Shown here one piece after another: positions 9,982 through 20,872 of a DNA stretch of 64,000 bases; position 1 is the first letter of the stretch; each line of letters starts with the position of its first letter. A program made the position numbers and the translations under genes. This DNA is from an uncultured Acidobacteriota bacterium (GTDB lineage Bacteria > Acidobacteriota > UBA6911): assembly GCA_963827655.1 (NCBI GenBank), contig CAWHCF010000023.1, forward strand, positions 480,001 through 544,000. Reading direction: 5' to 3'. The notes below the pieces were generated by a model. That model was given only the letters and a program-made list of their open reading frames with translations, was not told the DNA's origin and did not search any database.

Positions 9982-10094
9982 GATGGTCCTCCTTAAATGG
10001 TTTGCGATAGAGTACACAGGTTTCTACGGCTTTGTCGAAGGATTTCCATATAAGGTCTCGCGCAGGAATACCCCAGCCCTCTACTGCCTACTGC

Positions 10095-11279
10095 TTACCA
10101 GTCGAGGGAAGCCGGCAGCGTGATCCGTTTGCCGGCGCGGCGATCTTCGATAATTATGGTTCGGCTTTCGAGCCTGACGTCATCGACTTTCGCAAACCCT
10201 TCGGGCACTCGAGTGTAAAACAGGACAAAGCTCGAGCCGATTTTGGACCTGGCAGGTAACCAGCGATAGGTAGCGGTATCGAACATCGAGTTGGTCCGGA
10301 TGACTTCGCGCCGCGGCACATCAAAGGGTTGAGTGCCGAACTCGAGTCCGCGCGCCATCTTAAGATCGGCAGGATAGTGTTCCCAGGTTTGAAGCCAGGG
10401 ATACTCCTCCCGTTTGAAAAGATAACCCAGGAGCAGTCGCTTCTCGGTGTGGAGAGCGGTTACGAAAACGAGTTTGCGCTCCGGGTCCATCAGGCACGCA
10501 GTGTGATCCAGCGAGTTCGGGTTGCCTGGCGCGGCGCGCAGATCAACCTGCTCGCCGCCAAGCGTCGGCGCCAACGGCCAGGTGAAGTCCTGGAACGAAG
10601 CCAGGCGGTGAGGTAGTGAGCCCGGTCGATTTTCGTGCGCGCGGGTCTTGCCACGTCGCGCTGACATATCGACCACGGTTTTCCCGGGCTCGAGAAAGGG
10701 AGACCCGATAGTGGCATGTTCTGCCCAGCAGACAGGCCGATCGAAAGACAGCAGGTTTTCCAGCTCGCTCTCGATATAGATGACGTTCTCGCCGTTCACG
10801 AGCCGAAGTGTGCGTGTGAAAAGTTCCTGCACCAGCGGGAGTTTTGTCGAGAGAGTGAGAGTTGCGATATTTCGGTTCTTTTCGGAAGAGCGCGTTTCCC
10901 ATGGTTGCGTGTGCGCTTCGCCGTGGCCCGGCATTCCAGCCGCCCGTTCTTCCGGCGAGACTGGGCCGAAGCCGTCTACACAGACAAAATGCCCGATCGA
11001 AAATCCGGTAGGGGGTTTGCGCCCTGCCTCGCGCGCCAGCCGGACGGGATTCCAAAGCGGACTCAGCTTTTCCGGGTCATCGCGCAGTGTCAGATGTGCG
11101 AGAGACCCGCCCTGGGCCAGCACCGTCAATTCCAGCGTCTCGTTCGACAAGACGAGGGCCGGCCGCTCTTCAAAGACGTCCTTTCTCGGAAATGCGGTCT
11201 CCTGACGCTGGGCAAGACCCGTGGTCTGAAACGAAATCAGCGCAAGGACCACAAAACGATTGCGGTTTCGTGAACTCAT
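10095..11279 (-). CDS. Secreted galactose-mutarotase / aldose-epimerase-like protein
   Basis: Signal peptide; LSNETLELTVL..GG, MPGHGEAH..PW, WAEHAT, YPWLQTW, ARGLEFGTQP. Confidence 0.6.
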   Translation of the reverse strand: MSSRNRNRFVVLALISFQTTGLAQRQETAFPRKDVFEERPALVLSNETLELTVLAQGGSLAHLTLRDDPEKLSPLWNPVRLAREAGRKPPTGFSIGHFVCVDGFGPVSPEERAAGMPGHGEAHTQPWETRSSEKNRNIATLTLSTKLPLVQELFTRTLRLVNGENVIYIESELENLLSFDRPVCWAEHATIGSPFLEPGKTVVDMSARRGKTRAHENRPGSLPHRLASFQDFTWPLAPTLGGEQVDLRAAPGNPNSLDHTACLMDPERKLVFVTALHTEKRLLLGYLFKREEYPWLQTWEHYPADLKMARGLEFGTQPFDVPRREVIRTNSMFDTATYRWLPARSKIGSSFVLFYTRVPEGFAKVDDVRLESRTIIIEDRRAGKRITLPASLDW

Positions 11280-11384
11280 ATTTGCGCATCCTCTCCGTGT
11301 GGTGTGCACCTGGCGGCAGGAAGTTCAAGTTTTGAAGCTTTGACGCTAGCTAATAAAACATGCTTTGGTTAGAATGGCGCTATT

Positions 11385-12443
11385 GTGATCGAGTGCATGC
11401 TATCCTTCCGAAGATGCGCCCGCAAGCTTTTCTCGCTAGCCTTCACCCTTCAGGTTGGGTTTTCACTCCACCCCGTCCCGGCGCTATTCGGGGCCGGCGG
11501 CGAGTCACCGGTCGAATTGCGCTGCAAGATCCTGCCCGACCGCGCAGATCGCGCGTACAAGCTTTGGAAGGTCGACCTCAGGAAAGCCACGGGCGAGCCT
11601 CTCCGCCAGGCAGTAGGAAACGCCGGCGGGACGGTGCGCTTCAAGAATCTCCAACCTGCGATTTACCTGGTCTGTCTCTCGGGCGACAAAAACCGAAGCC
11701 GCTGCCAGTCGGTCGATCTTGTGCCTCCGCCCGATCACAAAACGCCGGTTTTCGAGAAGAGCTTTGAGGTTCCGCCCCAAGTCACAAACCGCGCCGATGC
11801 GCACGGTGTGAGCGCATCGCGGTTAGGAGTGCCCGAGAAGGCACGCAAGGAGATGCTCCGGTCCGAAGAAGCCCAGCTTCGCGGCGACTCCGAGGGAGCG
11901 ATCAGACACCTGCAGCGCGCGGTTGAAATCTACTCGAAGTATACGGAAGCGCTGAACAACCTCGGGACTCATTATCATCGAGCCGGGAACTACACGCGGT
12001 CGATTGAATACTTCACGAAAGTGACCCAGCTGGATCCGCGGTTCTTTGCCGGTTGGGTAAACCTTGGGGGAAGCCTGCTTGCCGCCGGCAGGTTCGAGAG
12101 CGCCCTTGAAGCCAACAGGAAAGCCGTCGAATTGCGTCCCGATGAGGCTCTGGCAAATTCCCAGCTGGGAATGAACTATTTCTACCTGCGTAAGTTTCCG
12201 GAAGCCAAGACCTACTTCGAAAAAGTGGTGAGCCTGGATCCTTCCTCTGCCAAATCACCCCAGTTGTTTCTGGCCCACATTGCTTTCGCAGAACGACGGC
12301 CCGACGAAGCGGAACACCAGATTCGCCGGTATCTGGAATTGCATCCTAATTCCCCGCAAGCCGCCAGCCTCCGGCAAACCCTGCAAAATCTCGCGATCAC
12401 GGGCTCCCTGAAAAGCCAGGAGAATTCTCAATCGCCCCCTTGA
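11385..12443 (+). CDS. Tetratricopeptide repeat protein with N-terminal carboxypeptidase-regulatory-like domain
   Basis: VRFKNLQPAIYLV; TPR units ALNNLGTHY, GWVNLGGSL, ANSQLGMNYF. Confidence 0.85.
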   Translation: MIECMLSFRRCARKLFSLAFTLQVGFSLHPVPALFGAGGESPVELRCKILPDRADRAYKLWKVDLRKATGEPLRQAVGNAGGTVRFKNLQPAIYLVCLSGDKNRSRCQSVDLVPPPDHKTPVFEKSFEVPPQVTNRADAHGVSASRLGVPEKARKEMLRSEEAQLRGDSEGAIRHLQRAVEIYSKYTEALNNLGTHYHRAGNYTRSIEYFTKVTQLDPRFFAGWVNLGGSLLAAGRFESALEANRKAVELRPDEALANSQLGMNYFYLRKFPEAKTYFEKVVSLDPSSAKSPQLFLAHIAFAERRPDEAEHQIRRYLELHPNSPQAASLRQTLQNLAITGSLKSQENSQSPP

Positions 12444-12516
12444 CGGTGTCATGCTTCGCGCTGCTTTGAAGAAAATCGACCGCGAAGCCCCGGAAGGCGC
12501 GAAGAAGCTTGAGAAC

Positions 12517-13392
12517 ATGCGAACCAGGACTTCCGCCGCAAGCTCGGTGCTCGATTCGTTGAAGAGTGAAGATCTTTTCTTCTCAGCCGAGCTGCGCCCG
12601 CCGCGGGCTAATCTTCGGGGTGCGCAAAGCATGGATGATTGGATCGACACCTATCACTCGATCCGCCGTCTGACTCTGGCGGGGAGTCACGTCTTCATCA
12701 CCGATAGCGCGGTGGGACAACCGGAAGAAGAAAACCTGCGCCATCTGGTGACCAATCTGGGCCCCGACGCGCACAGAGCCCGCATCATTCCTTTTCTGAC
12801 TTGCAAGCACCCGCTGGAGTATTGTCTGCGCTACTCCGAGAGAGCCTATGCGCATGGCTTTCATACCCTGGTGATCCTGGGGGGAGACCGGCATGAGGGT
12901 GCTCCGCGTTGCGTCGAACACGCGTATCAACTTCGCGGCATGATCCGGGAGCTGGTCCCGGAAATGGCGCTGGGGGGCTGGGCCAATCCCCACGGCAATC
13001 CTGCCGAGCAGGCGAGGTATCTGAGCGAGCACGGCAGTGATGCGGATTTCTTCCTGACTCAGGTAGTGTCCCATCACAGCGCCTCGGCGGTGGCCCGGTT
13101 CCTGGAAGAGAGCGAAAGGGGCGGGATCAAGATCCCGGGCATTTTCGGAGTCTTCTACTACCGAAGCGCGAAGCCTCGCACACTGGAGACTCTCCACCGC
13201 TTTTTTCCGGTGCCGGCGCGGGAACTGCAGGCGGAATTCGAATCAGAAAAACTTCATCCGGATGAAATTTGCGCGCGGAGCATCCGCGCTCTTCGACTTC
13301 TGGGGATCCGCCGCATCTACGTCAGCAACCTGCCGATCGCGGATGCCCCGGCGCGGCTCGCCCGGATCGCGCAGTTATCCGCAGAGTCCTAG
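12517..13392 (+). CDS. Methylenetetrahydrofolate reductase-like FAD TIM-barrel protein (divergent)
   Basis: FSAELRPP, ITD, IPFLTCK, LVILGGD, ADFFLTQ follow the MetF motif order. Start at 12451 or 12517. Confidence 0.65.
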   Translation: MRTRTSAASSVLDSLKSEDLFFSAELRPPRANLRGAQSMDDWIDTYHSIRRLTLAGSHVFITDSAVGQPEEENLRHLVTNLGPDAHRARIIPFLTCKHPLEYCLRYSERAYAHGFHTLVILGGDRHEGAPRCVEHAYQLRGMIRELVPEMALGGWANPHGNPAEQARYLSEHGSDADFFLTQVVSHHSASAVARFLEESERGGIKIPGIFGVFYYRSAKPRTLETLHRFFPVPARELQAEFESEKLHPDEICARSIRALRLLGIRRIYVSNLPIADAPARLARIAQLSAES

Positions 13393-13451
13393 GGCGCGAA
13401 GCCACAACACCTGGGGTTTCTTTGCGTCTTTGAGTCTCTGGGGTGGACGGA

Positions 13452-13887
13452 TCAATCACTCTCTGTGGAGGGCGGGCCGCGCTCCGATTTACGCCGCGAT
13501 CGCCGGCGTTTCTCGCTCCAGCCGCCGCTCGCGGCTTCCCACGCCAGGGCGCGTCGGAATGCGTTCCTTTTCCGGAATGAGAGCCCGCGCGATCCAATCC
13601 TGAACCTTGCCGCGGGCATCCTCCAGATTTCGGTGCTGGTCTCGCGTGCGCTGGCTGGTCAGAATCAGCCTTCCCGCCCGATCCAGCCTGCCGGCCACCA
13701 GGCGAAGCAGCCGGCCGCGGCTGCCGTCATCGAGTCCCTGAATTCGTGAAAGGTCCACACGCAATTCAACTTTGGATGCCACCTTATTCACGTTCTGACC
13801 GCCGGGACCGGAGGCCCGCACCGCCCGCACCTCGACGGCGTCACCGGGAACAACGACTCGATCCGTCACCACTATGGGCGCAGGCAT
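13452..13887 (-). CDS. arfB: Alternative ribosome rescue peptidyl-tRNA hydrolase ArfB (apparent frameshift near 13510)
   Basis: RASGPGGQNVNKVASKVELR, SQRTRDQHRN, RIPTRP; basic tail EKRRRSRRKSERG lies in a shifted frame ending at TGA 13452. Confidence 0.9.
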
Positions 13888-13949
13888 TTCATGGTTCTTC
13901 GCGGCTTTGCGCCTTCGCGGCGGCCTTTGCTCTTACGCACACGACCGGG

Positions 13950-14975
13950 CTAGTCGCCGTCGATAAGGTTTCCAAACCCGCCCAGCAGGGAACCTTCATC
14001 CGTCCGAGAACGGCCGAGACCCGGCATCGCTTTGTAAATGCGATCCGCCAGGCGGCTGAGGGGGAGCGACTGCAGCCACACCTTTCCGGGGCCGACCAGT
14101 TGCGCAAAGAAGATTCCCTCTCCGCCGAACAGCGCCGTCTTCACTTTTCCGACAAACTGAATGTCATAGCTCACACTGGGCTGCAAGGCGACCAGGCATC
14201 CTGTGTCGACGCGCAGCTGCTGACCGGGACCGAGCTCGAGCGCGTGAATGGTGCCGCCAGCGTGGACGAAGCAGAGGCCATCCCCCTCCAGCTTCTGCAT
14301 AATGAAGCCTTCTCCTCCGAACAAACCTACGCCGATCTTCCTCTGAAAAGCGATTCCGATCGACACCCCGCGGGCTGCGCACAGAAAGCTGTCCTTCTGG
14401 CAGATCAAGTGCCCACCGATCTTGGAGAGATCGAGCGGGACGATCTTGCCAGCATAGGGTGCGGCAAATGCAACGTGCTGCTTACCCTGGCCCATATTGG
14501 TGAAGACCGTCATGAAAAGGCTCTCTCCCGTGATCAATCTCTTCCCGGCACCCAGCAGCTTGCTCATGAAGCCGCCGCTGGCTGAACTCTGGGAGCCATC
14601 ACCGAAAACGGTATTCATGTCGATCCCCTGGGTCATGTACATCATGGCGCCGGCTTCGGCAACCGTACTCTCTCCGGGATCCAGTTCGACCTCGACGAAC
14701 TGCAAGTCCTCGCCAAAGATTTTGAAGTCTATTTCGTGAGCAGTGCGGCCCGGGGCTTGCGGAATGACTACCGGTCCGGCGCCCTTCGAATACTCAGAAG
14801 CGAAGGCCGCAACGTTCTTGACCGGGGTCCATTCCGTCATCCCGGAGGTAAACACCAGCGTATCGGGTTGCAGACTGCCATTGCGAATATTGGTGACAAT
14901 TTCATCGGCGTTTACCGGCCCGATCTGATGACCGCCGATCGCCATATACCATTGCTGCAAGTTACTCATTGCCAT
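13950..14975 (-). CDS. TIGR00266 / AIM24 family protein with N-terminal GYF_2 (DUF4339) domain
   Basis: [28 protein letters not shown] (GYF_2); [34 protein letters not shown] (AIM24). GAGGAG RBS before 14975. Confidence 0.9.
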   Translation of the reverse strand: MAMSNLQQWYMAIGGHQIGPVNADEIVTNIRNGSLQPDTLVFTSGMTEWTPVKNVAAFASEYSKGAGPVVIPQAPGRTAHEIDFKIFGEDLQFVEVELDPGESTVAEAGAMMYMTQGIDMNTVFGDGSQSSASGGFMSKLLGAGKRLITGESLFMTVFTNMGQGKQHVAFAAPYAGKIVPLDLSKIGGHLICQKDSFLCAARGVSIGIAFQRKIGVGLFGGEGFIMQKLEGDGLCFVHAGGTIHALELGPGQQLRVDTGCLVALQPSVSYDIQFVGKVKTALFGGEGIFFAQLVGPGKVWLQSLPLSRLADRIYKAMPGLGRSRTDEGSLLGGFGNLIDGD

Positions 14976-15193
14976 GCTCCTCATAATGTGACAGCGCCGT
15001 CCCTACGGCGGCCTGGATGCGACGATATCATAGTCAATTCCGCCGCAGAATATTCGACTCGTTTTTGAGGTTCCGCCGATTTCTTAGGATTTCTTCGAGT
15101 CTTCGTGTCTTAGCGGAGCCGTCAGCTGTCAGTCGCAAAAAGCTGCTCGCGCATCGGCGCAGGTTTCTATAAAATAGACATAATGTCATCTTA

Positions 15194-15437
15194 GGGTTCG
15201 CGCAGAAATAGGTTCACGTTCTGCTGCCGGCCCCCAGGCCCGCTGGCGAGGCGTGAGCGACGATGCGTACCCGGGCGGTACGTGAGGAGCGAGCAACAAA
15301 GCCAGCGGGCCTGCGGGCCGCAGCCCGAAGGGGCGCGGATCCTGAGGGAGCCAGACTCGGCAGCTTGATAGAGAACACGGTTCAAGACTGCCCGCTGACT
15401 GGGGCGCCAGAATGTGAAGTTATTTCTGCGCGAGCCC
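15194..15437. mobile_element. MITE (non-autonomous miniature inverted-repeat element), 244 bp
   Basis: Terminal inverted repeats GGGTTCGCGCAGAAATAGGTTCACGTTCTG / CAGAATGTGAAGTTATTTCTGCGCGAGCCC (26/30 match), flanked by TA on both sides; internal hairpins; no transposase. Confidence 0.85.
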
Positions 15438-15508
15438 TAAGGATGAACCCAGTCAAAATCGATGTCCACCGGGCGGTGCGCGGCAGGATGGAGGGGGATC
15501 AGAGAACC

Positions 15509-17435
15509 ATGGATGAAAAGAATCTTTCCAAGAAGGCGACCGAGTTGGAAGCGCGGGAAGTGGCCGAAGCGGCTCGCGAGAAGGAGTGGGTCCAGCCCAG
15601 CTTTTTACGCGACCTCTTCATGGGCCGATTCCATCTCGACCTGATTCATCCCCATCCCGAGCAGGACCCTCAGGAAGAGGCGCGCGGGTCGGAATTCCTG
15701 GATAAACTCGGCGAATTCATGCGCACACGCGTGGACAGCGATGCCATCGACCGCGAGGGAAAGATCTCGGAAGAGATCGTTGAAGATCTCCGGCAGATGG
15801 GAGCCTTTGGAATCAAGATTCCACGGGAATATGGAGGCTTGGGATTCTCCCAGCTCACGTACAACCGCGCCATGGAGCTGGTGAGCAGCCAGGATGGCTC
15901 GCTGACTGCGCTGCTCTCGGCTCACCAATCCATCGGCGTCCCTCAACCCCTCAAGCTATTTGGCACGCCCGAACAGAAGAAGAAGTATTTTCCGCGGCTG
16001 GCCCGAGGCGCGATTTCGGCATTCGCTCTCACCGAAACTCATGCGGGCTCCGATCCGGCCAACATGTCTACCTTCGCGACCCCAACCGACGACGGCCAAG
16101 GCCTTCGTTCTGAACGGAGAAAAGCTGTGGTGCACCAACGGCACGCGCGCGGAGCTTCTGGTCGTGATGGCGCGGACGCCCTCCAAGATTATCAACGGCA
16201 AGGAAAAACGGCAGATCACGGCCTTCATCGTTGAAGTGGATTGGCCCGGCGTCGAAATCGTGCGCCGGTGCCATTTCATGGGGCTCAAGGCGATCGAGAA
16301 TGGAATCATTCGCTTCACAAACGTCCGCGTCCCGCGCGAAAACATCCTGTGGAAGGAGGGGGCCGGCCTCAAACTCGCGCTGATTACGCTGAATACCGGC
16401 AGGCTCACGCTCCCTTCCAGCGCGACGGGCGCCGCCAAAGCAGCTCTGGAGATCTGTCGCCGATGGTGCAACGCCCGGATTCAGTGGGGCGTTCCCATCG
16501 GGAAGCACGAGGCCGTGGCCGAGAAGGTCGGCCGGATGGCCTCCACGACGTTCGCGATGGAAGCCATCTCGGAACTGTGCGCGTCGATGGTCGATCGCGG
16601 AGGGTACGATATCCGTCTCGAAGCGGCGATGGCCAAGCTGTTCAACTCCGAAGCGGGCTGGAACATCATCGACGATACCGTGCAGATCCGCGGCGGCAGA
16701 GGATACGAAACGGCTGCCTCCCTCGCAGCCCGCGGCGAAGAGGCCCCGCCGGTCGAAAGGATGATGCGTGATTATCGCATCAATCTCATCTTCGAAGGCT
16801 CGAGTGAGATCATGCGCCTGTTTCTCGCCCGGGAGGCGGTGGATTTCCACCTTCAACTGGCCGGAGAACTGGTTAATCCCAAGGCAACCGGCAGCGCCAA
16901 AGCCAAGGCCTTCCTCAAAGCCGGGTTGTTCTACGCCGGCTGGTATCCGCGGCTCTGGTTGGGCGCCGGGTATCTCCCCAGTTTCGGAGAGTTCGGTGTC
17001 CTTGCGCCACATCTTCGCTTCGTGGAGCGTTCCTGCCGCAAGCTGGCCCGCATGCTTTTGTATACGATGATGCGCTACGGAGCGAAGCTGGAGCGCAAGC
17101 AGATGACCCTCTTCCGATTTGTCGATGTGGGGGCCGAGCTGTTTGCCATGACCGCCTCCTGCGTTCGAGCCCGTATGCTGGTCAAGCAAGGACGAAACGG
17201 AAGCGAGGCGATGCAGCTGGCAGACCATTTCTGCCGGCTGGCGCGCCGGCGCGTGGCGGCGGGGTTTCGCTCGATGTTCCACAACGACGATGTCGCGACT
17301 TACAAGCTGGCCAGGCAAGTCCTGGAGGACAACCACGTCTGGCTGGAATCGGGTATCGTAGGGTTATCCCAGGCGCTCCACGAGGTGGGCCACACGGCTC
17401 CGGAGACCCGCGAACAGGAGCCGATTCACACGTAG
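15509..17435 (+). CDS. Acyl-CoA dehydrogenase (long-chain / ACAD9-like; frameshift near 16095)
   Basis: [21 protein letters not shown], then in the shifted frame [36 protein letters not shown]. Confidence 0.92.
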
Positions 17436-17926
17436 GTGGTCTTCGCGCCTTCGTGTCTGTGCGGTGGTCGTTGTTGCGCCTCAGCATGCCAGTGACGAAT
17501 CTTCCAGGGGACAATCTTGATTACCGGCCGGTTCTCTAACAACATCCGGCGGTACTGAGGGTATTTTCTACGCAGCAGCTCCAGCGCCCGAACGTGCTCC
17601 TTCCCTGAGCGGAGCATCCTCGCGCGTCCTCGAACGAGAATGAACCACAACCGGTTCCAGTCTTCCTCGTAATGGTCCAGCACAAACGCGACTTCCGGGT
17701 TGCTCAGGATATTCCGGCTCCGCCTCAGCTTCTCGGGAGCCACGCTCTTGGGCTTTTCGTCCAGTGACGAATAGAAGATCTTTCCGTCGTAAACAAAACA
17801 GAACGGGATCACGACCGGCCGCCCCTTGGCGTCGACGGTCGCAAGGCGTCCGACTCGCTGTTTGCGCAAGAGCGCTTCGACGGCTTTAGGTTTGTGTCCT
17901 GTTAGCAGGGCCTGTTTTTCCGACAA
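17426..17926 (-). CDS. PPOX-class flavin/F420-dependent oxidoreductase (TIGR03668-like)
   Basis: [60 protein letters not shown]. Start uncertain (TTG at 17926). Confidence 0.85.
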   Translation of the reverse strand: MSEKQALLTGHKPKAVEALLRKQRVGRLATVDAKGRPVVIPFCFVYDGKIFYSSLDEKPKSVAPEKLRRSRNILSNPEVAFVLDHYEEDWNRLWFILVRGRARMLRSGKEHVRALELLRRKYPQYRRMLLENRPVIKIVPWKIRHWHAEAQQRPPHRHEGAKTTYV

Positions 17927-17990
17927 GGTCCTTGGCGTTTCTTCGAGTCTTCGTGTCTTGGTGGTTCGTTTTTGTTCCGTCGGGCCGGCC

Positions 17991-20191
17991 CTAACCCGTG
18001 TTTCCGCCGCGCTGCAGCATGTCCCGGTAGAGAGTCTGGGGAGTGTCGGCCGGCTTGCGCCGCAGGATACGGAGCTCCTTCTCCGCTCCCGCGCGCCGGA
18101 AGGCCTCGAGCGATCGGGCATAGTGCTTGTTCGCCTCCGCCAGCGCGGCGAGCTGGCCCAGCGGATCGACCGGATCGACGAGCCAGACCGGCCGCGGAGC
18201 CAGACCGGCGACGAGGTCCGCGAAATCATAGTGGCGCAATGCCCCGCGCACGATGCCTTCGAAAACCTGCCGGTGAATGCGGTGCGTGACGACCGACTCG
18301 TAGCTCAGGAGCATTCGCTCGAGCGCAACCTTGCGAATGCGCGGGTCGAAAGCCGCCGCGTAGAGCAGCGGCACCGCCCCGGCTTCGCGGCCGAAACCGT
18401 ATATCTTTTCCGGGTCGACCTCGGCGCGGCCGGCGAGCAGATCGACGCCGCGGCTCACGTCCTCGGCGCGCATGGCGACCAGCGGCTTGCCGAGGAGCAG
18501 AGCAGTCATTGCGCTCTCGAAGTCGCCGAAGTAGCGTGGCCAATCCGAGCCATTGTTTTCGGTTGCAGTCCGCGTCTCCCCCAGTCCCCGCGCATCGATC
18601 GACAGAACCACAAGCCCGGCCCGGACCAGGTCCTCAATCTCCGCGCGGCCCGCCCGCCTTGCCCTGGCCATGAACAAAAAGGGCGGCGGGCTTCCGCCCC
18701 GGAGGCGCGTCGGGAATGAAGAGCAGAGACGGGATCAAGATTCCCGGCTCGCTCTCGTAGACCAGTTTTTCTATACGGTAGCCGGCCCGCTCGATTCGAC
18801 CAAAACTACGCGGCTCTGAGGCGGTCTTTCGGGCCTCGAATCGAACCATGCGCCTCACTTCATCGATCGAAGCCGGAGTCCGGCGCCCTACTTCCGCGAG
18901 GCGCTTCTGGTTCAGGCTGGTCACGGTCTCACCTCCGAGCGACCGGCTCACCTGTCCCGAGTCGGTGCAATTGAGCTCCTCGTCGGTGGCTACGGGAGCC
19001 TCCGGCTCCTGCTGGTTGTCTTCCGACCCCCGGAGCCACCGCTCGAACCAGCGATAGGCCGCAAGACGGCGGGGTTTCGAGTAACCATGGCCGTCATCGG
19101 CCTCGACCATGGCCAGCTTTTCTGGGGCTCCCAAAGCGGTGTAGACGCGTCGCGCCTCCTCAAAAGTCTCGCGCGCGCCCCGGATCGAAAAGAAGTCCCG
19201 AATGGCCGAGAGGATCATGTAGGGCTTGGGCGCGAAGGCATAGATGAAATCGGCATGATCGAGCCCGTCGCCGAGCCAGGGTGGGAGGCACTGCTCGGCA
19301 TCCTGCGGGACCAATGGTTTCGAGCAGCCGCTGCCACGACGTGATGTAGCAGGAGGGGGCCGCGACGTGGATTCGATCGTCGAGCGCCGAAAGATACGCG
19401 GTGTGCGTCCCTCCTCCCGAGTTCCCCGTGCAACCGATCCGGCTGGAATCGACTTCCTTGCGCGACAGCAGGTAATCGAGGGCGCGCAGGCCGTCCCAGA
19501 TGGTGTAGCGCGCCAGGCTGTCGCCTACCAGAAGGCATTGAATTCCAAGCACAGTGTGCTCGGTCGTGGAACGTACGACCTTCGATTCGCGGAAGTCTTC
19601 ATCATAGAGCTGCACGCGCTCGCCCTGGCCGACTGTGTCCCAGGCGAGCGCCACGTAGCCCCTGCGAGCCAGCGAAACCAGTATCTGCTGCCAGACCGGG
19701 TTCGCCTTTGCGCCCGCTTCATGCCCGAGCGGAAACAGGATGCCTGGAAAGGGAGCCTGGCCTCGTTTGGGCAGATAGAGGTTGGCCGTCACATAGAAAC
19801 GGGGCTGGCTTTCGAAAATCACCTTTTCGATCCGGTAATCGTCCTGCTCGATTACGCCGACGACACGCGCATTGAGGGGCGTGCGCTCGGGAAACCCGCC
19901 CAGGGCCTCGAGCATACGCTCGCGGACGTACCGCTTGCGTCCGGCGACATCAGACGCGCTCGAGAGGCGCGAGACTGCGCGGCGTCGTTCGGCAAGCGCT
20001 TCCGCCGCCCTGGACTTGAGATAGGACGCCAGCATGCCACGGTAACTCTGGCTGTCCGGAAGGCCTCTCAGGAAGTTCAACTCGTCCGGCGACTGGCCCG
20101 GGAGCGAACCGAGGGCACCCAGCACGACGAGCGCCAGGACAGATATAGGGGCGGGGCGGAGCCGGAATCGCAGCCAGTGGGATCGAAGCAT
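17991..20191 (-). CDS. Secreted acetylxylan esterase-like double alpha/beta hydrolase (two frameshifts, near 19305 and 18640)
   Basis: YRIEKVIFESQP, GQGERVQ, IGCTGNSGGGT nucleophile elbow, DAEQ, HGYSKPRR, second YRIEKLVYESEPG module; three consecutive ORF pieces. Confidence 0.85.
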
Positions 20192-20317
20192 GGTTCGCAG
20201 GGAACCTAGCACTCTTGCTCCCGAGCGGGCAAGCGATTTCCGGACGCAGCTAAACCACGAAGACGCTAAGACACGCACCGCCGATGGCGCAACCAAACGC
20301 GGCCAACCCCCGCAGAG

Positions 20318-20350
20318 GCTATCAGCGGTCAGCTATCAAGCTATCAGCTT
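20318..20350. repeat. Short degenerate heptamer array (GCTATCA-like x4)
   Basis: GCTATCA GCGGTCA GCTATCAA GCTATCA GC. Confidence 0.6.
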
Positions 20351-20562
20351 TGGCGAAGGCCGTTGCTAGTTTCTGAATGAGAGACGTAAGCATTCGTTTT
20401 ACTTCGATTGCTTGGGCTTCAAATCAACGTCTGCAACTCGCGGCACAAAAATGTTGCTCGAAAACACGATTTCACAGTCGTGTAATGCAAAGACACCAAG
20501 AATATTTTCTTTGAGGCCCATCGGTGATATTTTCTGAGGAACCATCCCGACCGGAGGTAGTC

Positions 20563-20785
20563 ATGATGCGAACGTCAGTCAGGTCTTTACCTGCCTTGCT
20601 GGGCATCCTTGCGACGGCCTCTCTTTCGGCGGACGTGAACGACAAAAAGGACAAGAGGCTTACCGCCGAACTTTACTTCCAGTGGGAGGATGCGCAGACA
20701 AAAGGAAGCTGTCGGATGGTGCGCGTCCCGCGATGAGCCTCACGGACTGCCGAGTAATTGATGCGCAGTCTGGTGGTTGGTAGTT
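20563..20785 (+). pseudogene. Remnant of an S9 prolyl oligopeptidase: N-terminus joined to a decayed C-terminus
   Basis: GGAGG RBS, signal peptide and KRLTAELYFQWED, followed by MVRVP / DEPHG / PSN / MRS across frameshifts. Confidence 0.6.
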
Positions 20786-20872
20786 CTTTGAGGCTTCGCG
20801 TTCGAGTTTAGCGTTGATAGCGGAAGCGCGAAGAGAATGCGGACGAGCTTAACACATGATCCAGGGGGAGAT

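Noticed and set aside
15263-15508. N-terminal extension of the acyl-CoA dehydrogenase ORF
   Set aside because: It reads through the MITE; the likely start is MDEKN at 15509, after a GGAGGGGG RBS-like sequence.
16080-16110. Programmed ribosomal frameshifting at the split genes
   Set aside because: No shared slippery sequence was seen; the breaks occur in unrelated gene families and are better explained by assembly errors.
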